Shown piece after piece: positions 1 to 14,176 of a stretch of 64,000 nt of DNA. A model generated the notes under the pieces. It had not been told where the DNA came from. It saw only the letters and a program-made list of their open reading frames with translations, and ran no database searches. How positions within the stretch are numbered: the stretch's first letter is position 1; each line of letters starts with the position of its first letter. The DNA comes from Callorhinchus milii (taxonomy: Eukaryota): the NCBI RefSeq assembly GCF_018977255.1, contig NW_024704758.1:8000001-8064000 (forward strand), given 5' to 3'. Made by a program: the position numbers and the translations under genes.

Positions 1-559
1 ATATGCAAATTTTAATGTAATATTCCCAAATGATTTTACAATATTGAGTTTCCTTTCAAGGAAATTGGGAATCTCTACTTTTCGAAAATCAAGTCAAACA
101 AGCATACCCTTAAGAATAAGTATTCCTGGTAGAGTGGGAAACATTACATCTGTAAAGCAGTACATCAGGTAAATGTGACTTTGGAATGTTGATTATTGAG
201 CAATAAAGTAAAATCATGAGCCTATCCAATAACCCAATTTAAGAAACAATATCTGGTTTCAACCCAGCTTAGTCCTTGAATGTCAAGTTTTTAACTCAAT
301 ATACATGTATTGTACATTGTTTTGCCCACAAAATATAGTCAATTCACTTTAACCTTGTTTCAGTGAAGGCGCTATATCAAATGCAAGGATTATTTATTAT
401 ATATTCAGAATTTCTCTCCCAATCCACCAAGGTCTTAATTTATAATAATAATAAAGACGTCTCAAAGTGCTTCACAGAATATATTTGCAAAGTGAATTAG
501 ATGTAGATTTTGTAGATGAAATGCAGCAGCCAATTATTCTGACAGAATGTCTATTAGAC

Positions 560-1200
560 ATCAAGTCCTAGATGAGAGCTAACTTTCTACAGTTGAACAT
601 CCACAAGACCAAGGCCCTCCTGATTGGCTTCCATCAACGCCTCCACATCTCAGGTTCTGGCAGCATCACCATCCATTGATGCACTCCACTTTACTGAGCC
701 AATCTGGAACCTTGGCGTCTTGTTTCACCCTCAGCTGTCCTTTCTACTCCACATCCATGCCATGACCCGCTCTGCCTTCCCCCACCTCTGCAGCATTGCC
801 TGGATCTGCCATTGCCTAACGCCGCCAAAACCCCACATCGAGGCTTGACTACACCAACTGCCTGCTTGTCAGCCTTCCCAACTCTTCCCTCCAAAGCTGC
901 TGATCATCTAGAACTCTGCAAGTCGTATCCTCTCACACCAGACTCCATGATCCTATCATCCCCACCCTCGCTCAGCTCCATGACCCCATCACACTCACCC
1001 GGTTCCACTGTCTCCCCATTCCCCAGAGGATAAGAGTTCAAAATCCTCAGCCTCCTCAACAATCACGCCTTCGCCCACCCTCCTGCTCTCCGCCCTCGCT
1101 GATCTTAACCCGCCCCCCCCACACTCGGGTCCAAATCCTTGACTGTCCAGTGCCTTTGGACTTCCCGACATGAAAGCCGCTGTACAAATGTAATTTTGTA
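560..1200 (+). mobile_element. L2-type LINE 3' fragment (decayed ORF2 C-terminus and 3' UTR)
   Basis: Decayed peptides LNIHKTKALLIG, WNLGVLFHPQLSF..HI and RLDY.NCLL. The 3' end resembles the SINE tail. Confidence 0.75.
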
Positions 1201-4055
1201 TTGTATATTTACTTAAAAAACATCAACCACAACTCAGTGTCAAACTTTACAGTCTTTAATTGGATTTCTGGCATGAATTTATCAGACACAGCATATTTTG
1301 TGCAGCTTCGTCTCTTTAATTTTCTTTCACGAGACTTGCCAAACCTGCCCCTGTTCTCCATCCAGCACATGGCTGGCTGCTGCTCGCCCTTTCCAATAAT
1401 GTGCCCTGCTGGAGCTGCTGCTTATCGGCTGGACGTGCTTTCTTCTGCTGACCTGGAGTGGTTATTGCAATTGGTCGAGCCGACCACGATTGATAGCTCT
1501 CCTCTCCATACAATATTACTGGTGTTTCCATGGTGCTGAAATCTGACGTTTTCATCCATGTTACACATCATTTTAGCAGATAACCAATAACCCAGGAATA
1601 AAGCACACACAACCATCAAAAAACACTCACACATGCTGCTTTTTCATCTCACTGTTTTACCAACAAATACACAAAAAGGCCAAAGTACACTTACATAACC
1701 ACCTTGCAAATACGAGTACAGTAAAACCACTCAAAATCAGTCACATTTTTTTGAAGCCAAATTAATCTTATTCAGATTTCAAATAAAGGAGAATTTTGTG
1801 ACTGCAATTTATTTTTNAAAATCTTCAAAAATGAATATTGTGTAATTCATTGCAAAACTATTATACATTAAAATCTTTGTATTTTAGGCTGCATCCAAGG
1901 AGCAAAAAGATCAGAGTTCTGAAGTTGATTTGTGGAATACTGTGTTGTTTTCAGGGATTTTATAAAATTTGTTTAACTTGTAAAGGGATTGGTGTATGAA
2001 AAAACTTGGGTGGGATTAAATGTGAAAACTGCAGCAATGTCCCACAATAGGAGATAACAGATACAGATTGCTTGGTGTACATATGTCACTTTCAGCTTCA
2101 AATAATCAAGGTTTTACTGAATCAGTGTTCCAAAAATAATGAAGAATCATTAGTTTTTACAAGGTATCCCTACAAAGTAAAATCACCAAGCAAAAACTCC
2201 CTCTGAGTACATTGGTCCTTAAAAGAAAACCAGAATGTTGACCTCACTGCAGAAAGACATCATGCACTAACATTTGGCTTGCACACTGTGAAGAAAGATG
2301 CTACTGTCTGAATCACATTATCTGTCATCTCCTACTCATGCTAATAGGTTCCAGTGATTGAAGTATGATTTATAACAAACCCATTCCACATATTTTATAC
2401 CTTAAACATAGGCTTGAACATTTGGTTTGCACAAGCTTATCACTTTTCAAATTGTATCTACACCTCCTTAAGCACGCATCACTCACAATTGCTTCCCTCC
2501 TAACAAGCATACCTTTTGCTAAACTTTCTGCATGAAAATTAAAAATACAATATAAATACTGCAAATTCCACAGATTTGCTACTTTGCTAAATTCAAACAT
2601 TTACAAAGTTTATTTTTCAAATAGAAAAGATGAATGATGGCAAAAGTAGGCAGTTTTCTCTCCTCTTACTCCCTGATCCAGAACCCTCTGCTTCAATAAT
2701 AATATAATAATAATAATAATCCTTGCATTTGATATAGCGCTTTTCACGTCGGGAGGACGTCCCAAAGCAAGCAAGTCAACCTCAAGATTGTTCTAGGAAC
2801 TAAATTCAGCATAGTACTGAAAACTTGAGACAGCAAGAGGTTCTTTGAAATCAAAATCTAAAACTTAAAGTTCATTCTGACATTTCTCATTCATAAGGGA
2901 AGCATTCTATGATAGTAATATTTCTTTATTTCAACTTGTTACCAATCTCCTAAATTCGATCAGCCTATCAGTAGCATTGGCTTGCATCAAAGATACCCTT
3001 CATTTGGTGCAAATTACATTCGATGCCAAGCTCTAGTAGCAGCAACGTAGGTAGAGCATGATCTAAAAAAATATTTTTACTGTAAACTAGCTCGCCTAAT
3101 AAATTACTTTTAAATTTATTAAGTTTAACAGACTGAAACTCAGTCAGTTAATATGGCCTTTCATTCCCCTACAATTGCAAACCACATTCAAAAATCAGTG
3201 GGTACAACCAACGTTGTGTTTCCAGAGCAACTAATGCAAATCTCAACTAAGTTCCCCAGAAACAAAGAACCCTCAGCACACTCCATAAAATGTGATACTT
3301 TTCTAAGAGGACGTTACAATGAACATCTTGAAGTGTCACACAAAACACATAACTCGATTTTATGAAAATAAACAATAATAATCCTTGCAGTTGATATAGT
3401 ACTTTCACATCAGGCGAACGCATGAAAGTGCTTCACACGATTTTACTATAAGGGTTAAGTAGGTGAAGAAGGCAGCCAATTTGAACATAGCAATATCCCA
3501 CAAATAGCCATGAAGTAAATGACCAATTAATTTTGTTTTAGGATTGTTGATCACGCCACCAGGAGACACTCCTTTCACTTCTTGAGTTGTGGCATAGTAT
3601 CTTTAACATCCGCCTGACAGTCAGATGGGATCATTAACACCCCATTCAACGGATAATATCTCCAACAATGGAGGGATTGGAGTTTCATTCTAGACTGTGA
3701 GTTCGAAGTCCCAACACGGGGCTTGAACTTACAACCTTCTGACTGAGAGATAAAAAGTGTTACCAACTGAGCCAGGCTGACACCATAGCAGATCATACTA
3801 ACTGTTGAAAACATGGAGTAAAAGAACTCATGGATCAGTATAAGGGCGCATCTTGACACCATCCAAAGGGGTAAGGATCTTTAACTTCATTATTTTTCTT
3901 ACTGGGAGAAGGTGTTAATACATGCAGGAGACCTATGAAAAAAAACATTTTTGTTGGGTAAGAAATATCCTAAAGGTAAGATGCTAACCAAATTTACACA
4001 AACTTCAAAATATTTTTAACTAAGCAAGACCTACCTCAAAACATTTACTGCAAAA

Positions 4056-5304
4056 TCTATATTAATAAAGACAAAGTGTCTGTGTGTGTATCTTCCAATA
4101 ACGCAATAACCGATTGACGTAAAGACCTGATTTACACTTCAGCGGAAAGGTCTTGCATGAGGGTGTGTCGTGGGCATTTTTATCCCAGGGATCTCCTAAC
4201 ATTGATGAACTATATTTAAAAAATGCTTTAATTAAACCACAAAATATGAGGTATGCATGGTATTCTCCAACAAAGTAGCGATAGAGGAAAGCACACACCC
4301 TTCTAAAGAGATACATCTATACTAACATACTCTGCAATAAATGTATGGTAGGTTTCTCGAGTTGTCATGGAGCTACAGTCCTCCCAACAGGAGTCGTCCC
4401 AACCAGGAGACCATGTTATAGAAGCAATTATATTAGTATAGATTTTGTGGAGTCCTGTAGCGCAGTGGTTAGAGCACTCGCCTTGCAAGCGAGAGACCTG
4501 GGTTCAATTCCAGGCAGAGCCAAACATTGGGCAAGTTTCCTTACTCCACACAGAGCCTAATAATAATCCCTCCAAAATAATAATAAATTGGTAATTTTCA
4601 ATCCACGACTGTTTGGGGGACACTGCTGTGTGCAATTGGCTGCCTCGTTTGTGCCAACAAATATACAGTCAATTAATTCACTTTACAGCATATTCTGTGA
4701 AGTGCTTTGAAACGTCTAGAAGACATGAAAAGTTCTATATCAAATGCTAGGATTATTACCACTGCCTGTTGACTGTTGACTGCCTGTTTGAGTTCAAAAG
4801 GCTCCAATTCCCTGTTCGAATGTGTTTTGCGATGTCAAGTAACAAGGCACAGGGACAGAGCTTAAAGGTTGCTGACCTTTCCCATGGACAAATCTATGTT
4901 GGATGCTCACGTGTGAGTTCATCTCAAAACCTGTACATCATGGCCAAAGGAGGAAAAACTGCAAACGTCGTCTACACAGAAGCCTTGCAGTAACTTGAGG
5001 ACCTACCAATTATTATTATGCTACAAAAATAGTTAATACAAGCAAACAATTGGATCAGGAACGAACACTTAAAAAAAAATCTGTTGTTAATAATAGAAGT
5101 AATGAGTCTAACGTGAATACTTGCACAAACAGTTGCAAGGAGAAAGCATTAACCACGTAACCTGGAAAAGAAGACCAATCTAATAATATTAACGGGAGAG
5201 GATAGTGCTGTATAGGAGAGGATGAGAGTTCAACATGCTTTTGGCAAGAATTTAAACCACAAGCATTGTGCAGAGGAAATTGCGCATTCCAGCATAAAAA
5301 CTAG
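4056..5304 (+). mobile_element. Non-autonomous (internally deleted) Helitron carrying the C-terminal PIF1-helicase fragment at ~4775-4993
   Basis: 5' A|TCTATATTAATAAAG, 3' imperfect hairpin (tgtgca...tgcgca) then CTAG|T. The peptide FKRLQFPVRMCFAMSSNKAQGQSL...SHGQIYVGCSRV...KTANVVYTEAL matches PIF1/Helitron helicase motifs V-VI. Confidence 0.8.
4447..4758 (+). mobile_element. Full-length tRNA-derived SINE nested in the Helitron
   Basis: A box TAGCGCAGTGG, B box GGTTCAATTCC, shared body, and L2-like tail ending (ATT)n. Other copies occur in the window. Confidence 0.9.
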
Positions 5305-6771
5305 TAAACCTTTTTTAAAAAACGTGTTTCATGTGATTTCCTTGACAGGACTATTAAAAGGACACAGCTTTAAACAAGAGTGCAGATGATTTATCCCAAA
5401 TTTTAATTCTACAAAACTGCAATCAAACTGCATGCTAGTTACTTAATCTAAAAAATCCTCCACTTGAAAACTGTAATGCCTTCTTCATGCATTAGTTAAT
5501 TTTGCATGTCCCCCGTGTTAAAAGTTACAGCCAAACATTCCAGTTCTCACTGCAAATAGGAATACATGTTGAAAACAATTTCACAATGAGAATATAATGA
5601 CAGCTGCAATTTGACACTGCATTTTATCACATCATTGAAATGTTTGAAAGTGCTTCACAGGATTTTACTGAAAAGTATAATGACTGGATATTTTTGAGTG
5701 AATCTGGCAGCTAATTTGCATAAAATGTCCCACAAACAGCCACAAAGTCAATGATCACGTTTATTTGGAGGATTCAGATTGGTCATATGGTTGTGATAAA
5801 AATTCCATTGCATTTTGTGTTGAAATACAAAACAGAGAGTGGAATGGTGCCCATATAAAATATGCCAAAATATTCATTACAGTTGGTAGTAAATATGTAC
5901 AATTACATTGTAACCAAACATAATGAGATTCATTTGGACTGGCAAGAAACCAAGAAACTGGACATCACAAAAGCTATACAAAGCCTCAACCTCCCAAACT
6001 GCTGCTACAACTATCCAGCACACATCAAGGCAACAGTACCCAGTTTCAACATCCTGCTTGATCATCACTTGACAGCAAAGGAATAAGATGGCCAATCTTT
6101 TCCTTCATGTACCTTTCAGCAATTTCTGCAGACAAAATACCCCTCTTATCTAGCCATAATCCCCTGCAGCTAATTACAGATGTGAACTTTCATAATCCCA
6201 AGAAACTCCAAGTGTAATTTGTCATCCCACCTCAAGTCTTGGAAAGCGCTTCAACTTCTGCCACAATAAAAGGATCCATAATAACAAACTGACTAATTAA
6301 TATTTAAGTTCACTTACGTTCTTCAAACTGAATTCTTGTTTCAATGAGTTAAATCTTGCAGCAGTTCTAAATAATGCTGGTTTTAGACAATGGATCCACC
6401 AGTGATGGCACTCTTGCTACCACAGACCAATCCAAAATAAAAATCTGGTAAGTACCCAACTGAACATCTTCGGAGAATACGTTAACATCCAGTCCATCTT
6501 GAAAAAGGTGATGCAAGACATCAAAAGGATCAACAAGCAGACAATCAAATTTGACTCCTGGCCTTCCCAGTGCTAATCCTAAACCCAAAACTCCCTTCTT
6601 GTTTTAAATAGATTGTTTACGTTCACCTGAATGGGCAGATAGAACCTCAGTTTAATTCTCATCCAAAGGATCTCATCCAAAGGATCTCATCTTTAACAAT
6701 GCAGCTCTACCCCAGGTAAACTAAAGCATCAGCCTAGGCTATGATCTCAAATTCCAAATGTAAAGCTTGAA

Positions 6772-7600
6772 CAACAATAAATTGCATTTATATAGCCCTT
6801 TCACATCAGGAGGATACTATAAGGTGATGCACAGTCAAGGGTATACACCAGAACTGGGGATTGGATTGGGCGGGCGAAATTTGGGGGTAGAAAAATGACC
6901 CGAGGTGCAGTCAAAGAGGAAGGTCTTGAGTCAGACCGTGAAGGAGGGAGGAAAGGGGAAAGGGTTTCCTAGATGCTCTACAGAGTGGGGGCCGAAAGGC
7001 TGAAACCCGACCACTGGGTGAGAGCGGCAGAACAGGAGACATGAAGCAGGCCAGTGCCTGCTGAGTGGACAACATTAGCTGGTTAGTATAGTTTTAGAAG
7101 GTTATAGTGATAAGATGGCACAAGACTGTGGAGGGATTTAAAAATGAGGACGAGGACCTTGAACTCAAGGATAGGAAGCCAGTGGAGCCGAGGAAGGACG
7201 GTGTGAGAGGTAGGCGGAGCCCAGGGCGGGAGAGCTGCAGAATTTTAGAGGGTCTGCAACTTGTGAAGGGAAGAGTTGGGAAGCCCAGCAAGCACATCTA
7301 GTTTCAGTAAAAGTGTGGCTGAAGGAATAGGTAGAAACAGAAGCAGGCAATGTTGCAGAGATGGGGGAAAGCTGAACAGGTCTGGGCACAGGTGTGTGGT
7401 CCAAAGGGCAGGCGAAAGTCAAACAATCAGGAGAGCCTCTGTCTTATTGATATTAAACCTGAGAAAGTTAGCTGTCATCCAGGGCATAATGTCCGACAGC
7501 CAATCGGTCAGAACAGCAGTGGTCCCAGAATCAATGGTGGAGGTTGAAAGATAGAACTGGGTGTTGTTCGATTTAGGTGGAAGTTAACCCACAGCTTGTT
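6772..7600 (-). mobile_element. L2-type LINE 3' fragment
   Basis: Reverse complement resembles 560-1200; tail aacaacaataaattgcatttatatagccctttcac at the left end. Confidence 0.72.
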
Positions 7601-10600
7601 AACCCGAAGTTAACAACCTTCCGACTCAGAGATAAGAACACTCTGCAACCATCATAGCATCATAGCAAAAGCTTGCTGCAATTTAAAAAGGTTTAGCAAC
7701 AAGATTAGTGAAACCTCCAGTTTAATGACTGTTTAATCCAGCTTGACACCATCCAGCTCAACAACCCCCTCACCCCACCCACAGCAAGGTTCACTGGAAA
7801 CACAATTCATGATTACTCAAACAACTAAACGTTTAAAGTAATTAATTTGAAAAGTTAAAAACAGAAATTGATAGTAAATAGTTAATCATTTTTTGACAAA
7901 ATATAGTGCATACATAGGGAGACTTATTCTTTAAAATTTTGAATTTGGTGGTAAAATAAGTTTGCACCCAAATACACAAACCTACATAAGATCGTACCTC
8001 GCAATACACATACGTGAATATACAACGCTTTGCAGATTGTAAGCATGTGGCATCCCGAGCAAAACCCACATGATTATTTTAGACGGCTGGAAAGCACATT
8101 GTACTAAATATCTACCCTATGTTAAAAGGGGAGGGGGAAGAGATTCCTACTATTATGGGCTTTACATTTACTTTATTTGAGACGTCCTTCCAACGTGAAA
8201 GAAGCAGTATATCTGTAAATTTGTATTGATAATACTATATTTTAGCCATACTGGAGCATCTTTATGCTCTCCCATTGTGATTTATTTTCTTTCACTACTA
8301 GGGGCCAACATGTATTCCATGACCAGAGTTGGGGTAGATGAAGAGCACCTTGAGTTTTCCATATTTCTGACAATATCACTCTTGAGCCTTAGGAAAGAAC
8401 TTTGAACAGTGTTGTCTAAGTGTACCACTTTTGGATATTCGAAATAATGCTTAGATCTACCGGGTTGTTGCTACCCCTGGAGCCGTACCCCACCAGAAAT
8501 CAATACCAACAGAAGTATACAATTATTATACATTGCTTAGTAAAGATGGTGCAGTTATAGAACACAAATCTCGTCTTATTTCACATGTTATTTACAATTG
8601 ACCCCGCAAATAGTACCAGAAATAACAAGCAGAGACTCAGATCTCTCCAATGACTTCTAAAGTCAGTTGATAAGGCAGGTGCACAAAGCATATCAAATAT
8701 ATTTGACGTTTGCTCGTCTTCACAGTGAGATGGTGTGTTAACAAGCAACATCAAATACTGATCAAGTTATATATCTAGTCTCATCACAATCTATCCTACA
8801 GTGCTTACAGATTTATACTAACATTTCAGTAAACATTTTCATTTATCAACCCCTCATTTTCTATTGATGATCACAGTAAGAGGTTGTTAACTAGGGTATT
8901 CAAAGTCATTTGAATCCTGAAAAAGCAGCATCAATTAACCTGCAGTCCCTAATCCCTGTAAATGCTTACAACAAATATTTTTCTCTGTGCTGTCTTCATT
9001 GATCTCAGGCGGGTTAACAGTTAAGCACTACATTTGACGTCAGCAACCTGGAGTTTGCAAGGGGAGAATTAGACAAGGTTCATGCAATCCTGCACCTAGA
9101 TGCTATACATTTATAGTTTTTATTTCAAAAATAAATCATTCTATCAGCCTATCTTTTTCTAATTTGGAGCCACATCAGATGGGTCACAAGGGACATCACC
9201 CTGTATTCAAACCATAATAGTATACCTGGCAAAAATAGGTAAAAATTATTTAAAAAGTTTTTAAACATTTGATGCCAGGTTAAACATTCAGTGCAAAGAG
9301 AAAACATTGGAAGTTGCAGCAAAACATTTGCACAAAACATTTTTTCTTAAATAAAAACAATAAAGTTTTCCCTATGTAGGTTCACAGACACAGAAGAGGA
9401 GAATTTAGAATCCAGGTAATCAGACCACAAACATGCCCCCATTGCTTTAAATAAAAATAGAGTTAAATAAGTACTTAATCTAATTAGAAGAAAGTAACCA
9501 ATTTACAGAAGTGTTACATGACCTGGAATATTGTTATTTAGTGCTGAAAAAGTAAGTGCATCTGGACTCAGGTGAAGTTGACCACTGTTCTGTTACCGCA
9601 AATGTCAAAACAGCATCAATTGTTTTATTTAAAAACAATTGATACGGATACTTAGTTTCAGTAAAAGTGAATGCATCTAAAATATCTTAGCATAGCAGCA
9701 TTCTAAGAACAGTGTATGTCAAATAAGCATTAATCTATAAATACAGACATAGAATGCAAACAATGTATTGCCTCTACCCAATAATTTTAATTGCAGCCCT
9801 CGATAATCATTCATCAACTATCCAATTCCTTTTTAAAGAAGCTAATGGGATATTGTTCACTACTATTGCTAAGCATCTCTTCCAAGTGTTTACTGCTCTG
9901 GGACAGCAAAATCGTTCTACTAAAATAGTGGCACCACCTCCAATAATCTTTTGGGGAGGTTCATATATTTTAGATCAGCATCGGACAAAATCAACAATAA
10001 GCAAAGGATATTCTTCACACTTCACTGACAGCAAAACCACAGATGGTTGTCGTTTATCAAAGTTACCTAAACCCACAGAAACCACTACATTTAGTAATCC
10101 AGTTTGAGGGTTATACATCCAAACCCTGATTAGAGGAAACTGCAAAGCTTAAGGTTTAATATGTATTATGGTGTTCTCCAATGTACAGAAATTGCATTTT
10201 TTTCTTTCCCTATTCAGATTTTAAGATACTCCGAGCAGTTTAAATTGGGTTTAAAATCATTTCACTGACAAAGACTCTAAAATCTGCATCTTGCAGGTTG
10301 TTGAAATGGGACTTTGAGTAAGTGAGTGTTGTATTATTAATGATGACCCATTAGTGCACAATCAATAAATATATTTAGTTAGTCAATGAGAAAGATTAAG
10401 ATTCAGAATGAACTTTTTGCAGGGTGGACGGGGGAGGCTGTTAATTCTATTAGAATCTGAATGAGTGATAAATCAACCATAACTTGCCTTTATATAACAC
10501 CCTTCTTGCAGGATAGCATGTTGGAGCAACATGGCATGCTGTTGCCATTTACAAGAAACAAAACAAACTTCATTTTGAGCAAAGCATTACCAATCCAAAA

Positions 10601-10910
10601 TGTTCTGGAGTATTTTGAACACATCACATAATGAAAGCAAGTTAACATTCTCAGGCTACTTAAAGGATTTATAAGACTGAATATATTCAGATTCATCGGA
10701 TCTGAACCTACTATACAACAACGAGGAATATCTGCAGTTACTCGTACACTGGAAAAGTTTAATTCAAATGTCCTGTCGGTGTGCTGAAGTGATTATTATA
10801 ATTTACCAACATAAATACTTACTGTTGCTCTGCAGTTTTTTCATTAATCCATGATTCCAGGAAGAAATCAAAAATTTAATTTATTCCTCTTTTTCTGAGA
10901 ACAGTACTAA

Positions 10911-11125
10911 ATAAAACAAAATACAAAATACTGCAGATGCTGGAAATCTAAAACAAAAACAGAAGTCGCTGGGAACATTCAGCATGTCTACTGAGTGTTC
11001 CGAACTGTTTCTGCTTTTGTTTCAAGTTTCCAGCATCTGTAGTGTTTTTTCATTTTGTTTATATTTAATCCACTGCCACTTCTCTTCTAGGAATGCCTAC
11101 CTTGAAGAAGTTCTGCTCTTCTCAT
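10911..11125. repeat. Penelope-like terminal repeat forming a ~150-bp palindrome; related fragments at 17962-18100, 55497-55616, 57409-57478
   Basis: aatactgcagatgctggaaatctaaaacaaaaacagaagtcgctgggaacattcag followed by its inverted copy. Family assignment is from recall of shark repeats. Confidence 0.65.
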
Positions 11126-13714
11126 CTAAATAAAACAAGTTCTCACATGCTAGATTTTGAAACAATCGTTCCTTTACATGTGATGAGCCTTCATTGCTAG
11201 TGTCAAATTATTCACACTTCCCCAATCAAACTGGTTATTTTACAGTGTATAAGATACAAATTAAATGTTCACATGCTAAACAAAATCCACCAAATATCCC
11301 ATGTCAGTGCATGTTTCACCTCGTTACAATATTCCATTTGTTCTATGAAAAGTATTCTTACTTCCTCAAACACTTTGATTACAGCAACAAATACTTGAAA
11401 CCCTCATTTCAGTACTTCCCCATCACTGACACAGTCATTTACAAAGGACATGTACAGAATGCGGATCTGAACCCAAACAACATCAAGACCTCTACCATAT
11501 TAATGTACTGCAGAACCTTCACTGTGTGTACAATTGCTAATCAGAAGTACGTCAACCAAATAGAATCCCCCCACCCCCTGCCCCGAAACCCAGACTCCAA
11601 ATGGTGTCAATGTATTTGAATACTGAATCCACCATGAATGTTGTAATTAGTTAAAGATGACATTAGAATAGGTAGAGGGTGTGTGAGCTTGGCTTTGACC
11701 TACAACTATCTTTTAATATATCATAAATCAGAGGTCTTACCCTGAACCAGTACATAGATATCTTTTAGGAAAAGTAAGCCAACAATAAAACAAACACAAA
11801 CTCAAATTCAAGGAAGTAATACGAAAATATACATCAGCAAATTTGAATGTTTGAATGCAAAAATTCCATAGTATACAGTATGAAAATATTGTCAAACCTT
11901 TCTTCAACAGCCACTCCTGGGACTGGCCAAAGAGACCATCGTAGAAGGGTAACCTCTTAGAAAGGGGTTGTATAGTGTAATGAGAAGATTCAGACACGAC
12001 CTAAGTACCTCCCTTCTTCCTCTCACACACCCATCACCAGACTCACGGACGAGTGAGAGGCGAGAACTGGCCATTGAAAAGGGTGCTGGTACAAAGGTAA
12101 ACAGACCAAGAGTAGCCACTGGTTGCATGAGACAGGTGGTTGCTAAATTAGGATGATGCAAAATCTTTTCAGATTTTTCCCAGGATGGTTGTTAAGAAGG
12201 GTAGTTGTTTGAACAAGTTTGACTATTTTTTTTTGTTTTTGAGAATTAAAAATACTTACACATGGTAATACATGCAAAACATAATTCCAGCTATCAGCTA
12301 AAGCCCTTTTTTGTTCTATTGTTATTAAGTTTTGGAGGGGAAAAGCCACTGCACCTACATATTTTAATTACATAAAAAATGATTCAGTTGGAGCCTTTTC
12401 CATTAGCCATGTAATTTAAAATATATTGGAAAAGTAAATCCCCCATGAAATTGCCACTGCCTTAATCTTTAAGTAATTAACTTTTCTTCTAATCAATTTC
12501 CTGCCCAATATTCATGAGCTATTTACATGCATGAGTTAACACTCAACCTCTTCTAACTCTTGTAACAAAAGCTTTAAATGACTGTAAATAATACTTATGA
12601 CAAGATCATCTGTCAAAAACAGCTGGCTAGACCTGGTCCACAGTATCCAGGTAGAAAATATAGAAACAGCTTAATCAACTGAATACTAAATAAGGTGGTC
12701 CCAATAATTTCTGCAGCGATTTATACAGCTTGGCACATGCCTACAACACATTGGAAAAATGTTTATATTACCATAAAAATTAAAGCCCCATTTCTGTTTC
12801 ATTGTAATAAACAAAGTAATGTTTTCCAAAATACTGCAAAAGTGTTGATAAATTGAAAAGTAACCAATCATCTGAAAGGCTTAAGGCTGGAGAAAACAAA
12901 TCAATGACTGGATATTTACCACCCTATGACTTCAATCTAAAATATAATTAAACAGAATTTTAAATGTTTTTTGAATTTTTCACTTGGGGTTTTCTATGGA
13001 GGTTTGCTGGCAGAAGACCACCATAACAACCTAAATCTATAGAATTAAGAATATATAAATTCTGAAACTAAAAGAAAGAAGTAGCATTCTCACTTCTGCT
13101 TTCAAAATAAAGATTTTAGAGAACAATTTGCAGTGACACACCCTTGTATGTACAACTGCTAAATGTACAACCTGCATTTATTTAGCACCCTCAATGCGGG
13201 CTGCAGCTCAGAGCACTTAATTCAAACTAATTTACAGAAAACCGTTACTTAGATATGGTTAAGCATCCACCAAATATTTCTTTTTGAAAATTGGTGCGAG
13301 ATGGATCATGTTCATTTTACTTTCAGTTAAAATGTCTATCACAAATGAATGAATCAAAAGTCTAATCTGATCCAATACAAAAAAAAGTCTAAATATGATA
13401 AATAGTAATAGCTAATCATTTATAAACTAACATCATTACAGTAAAGTTCAAATGGCATCGACTGTTCAACACAAGTAAATAGAAACAATGTACAAAATGT
13501 TTCCAAACTCTAAAACATATTTTCAACAGAACTGTTTATTGACTGCTATGATAGGAATCACTCTTTTGGAATGAATTATCAAGCTCCATCTATCTATATA
13601 GATGCATAAATATTGAACTAAATCATTTATTTAGCAGGGGGCTTGATTCTCACACAAAACTGCTGAATTTTAGGAGTTAATCTTAATCGCTAATACAGTG
13701 GAATTCGGTTTTGA

Positions 13715-13908
13715 TTATCACTGCTTGCACGGATTGAGGTTTGAGTGTAAAGATCTACGACTGTTTGTGGGACAGTGCTGAGGCGCAATTGGCTGCCGCG
13801 TTCGCCCACAAATATACAGTCAATTCACTTTACAGTGTGTTCTGTGAAGCGCTTTGGGACGTCCTCCCGACGTGAAAAGCGCTATATCAAATGCAAGGAT
13901 TATTATTA
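13715..13908 (+). mobile_element. 5'-truncated SINE of the same family; similar fragments at 320-400, 2697-2770, 20661-20810, 40795-40920, 46826-46900
   Basis: gactgtttgtgggaca...caattggctgccgcgttcgcccac...gggacgtcctcccgacgtgaaaagcgctatatcaaatgcaaggattattatt. Confidence 0.88.
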
Positions 13909-14176
13909 TCTGATAAAGATCAATGGGCTTTGACTTGGAATGATCGGATTCTTCGACAACCTGTCGTCCAGTGTCTTCCTACTCCAGACTCAAAGCCTCC
14001 AACTCCACTGCCACCTGTCACTGTATCTCTAATTTCAGATGTGCCGATGAAACATAGGCTGATACAAACTGACCACAAAAGCTGAAGATAGTCGCTCATC
14101 CTATCCTTCAAGGGCATCATCAATATGGGACCAGTATTTTACGGGTGCCCTTTTTATTTTTATGTTTTCAAAAAGG

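Noticed and set aside
4449..4520. tRNA-Ala(TGC)-like sequence with A and B boxes
   Set aside because: It continues directly into a SINE body that is repeated elsewhere (58591-58920), lacks a good acceptor stem and T-run terminator, and the anticodon differs between copies. It is a SINE head, not a tRNA gene.
4769..4993. Host PIF1 helicase gene
   Set aside because: An isolated, internally deleted C-terminal fragment inside Helitron-type termini, with no other exons.
6310..6600. Possible SBF2 exon 2 (donor-like motif at ~6318 and ORF 6367-6588); similarly the donor-like site near 11737
   Set aside because: I found no frame resembling the expected GSGEGLGKIIQRFPQKDW sequence. Exon 2 probably lies outside the window.
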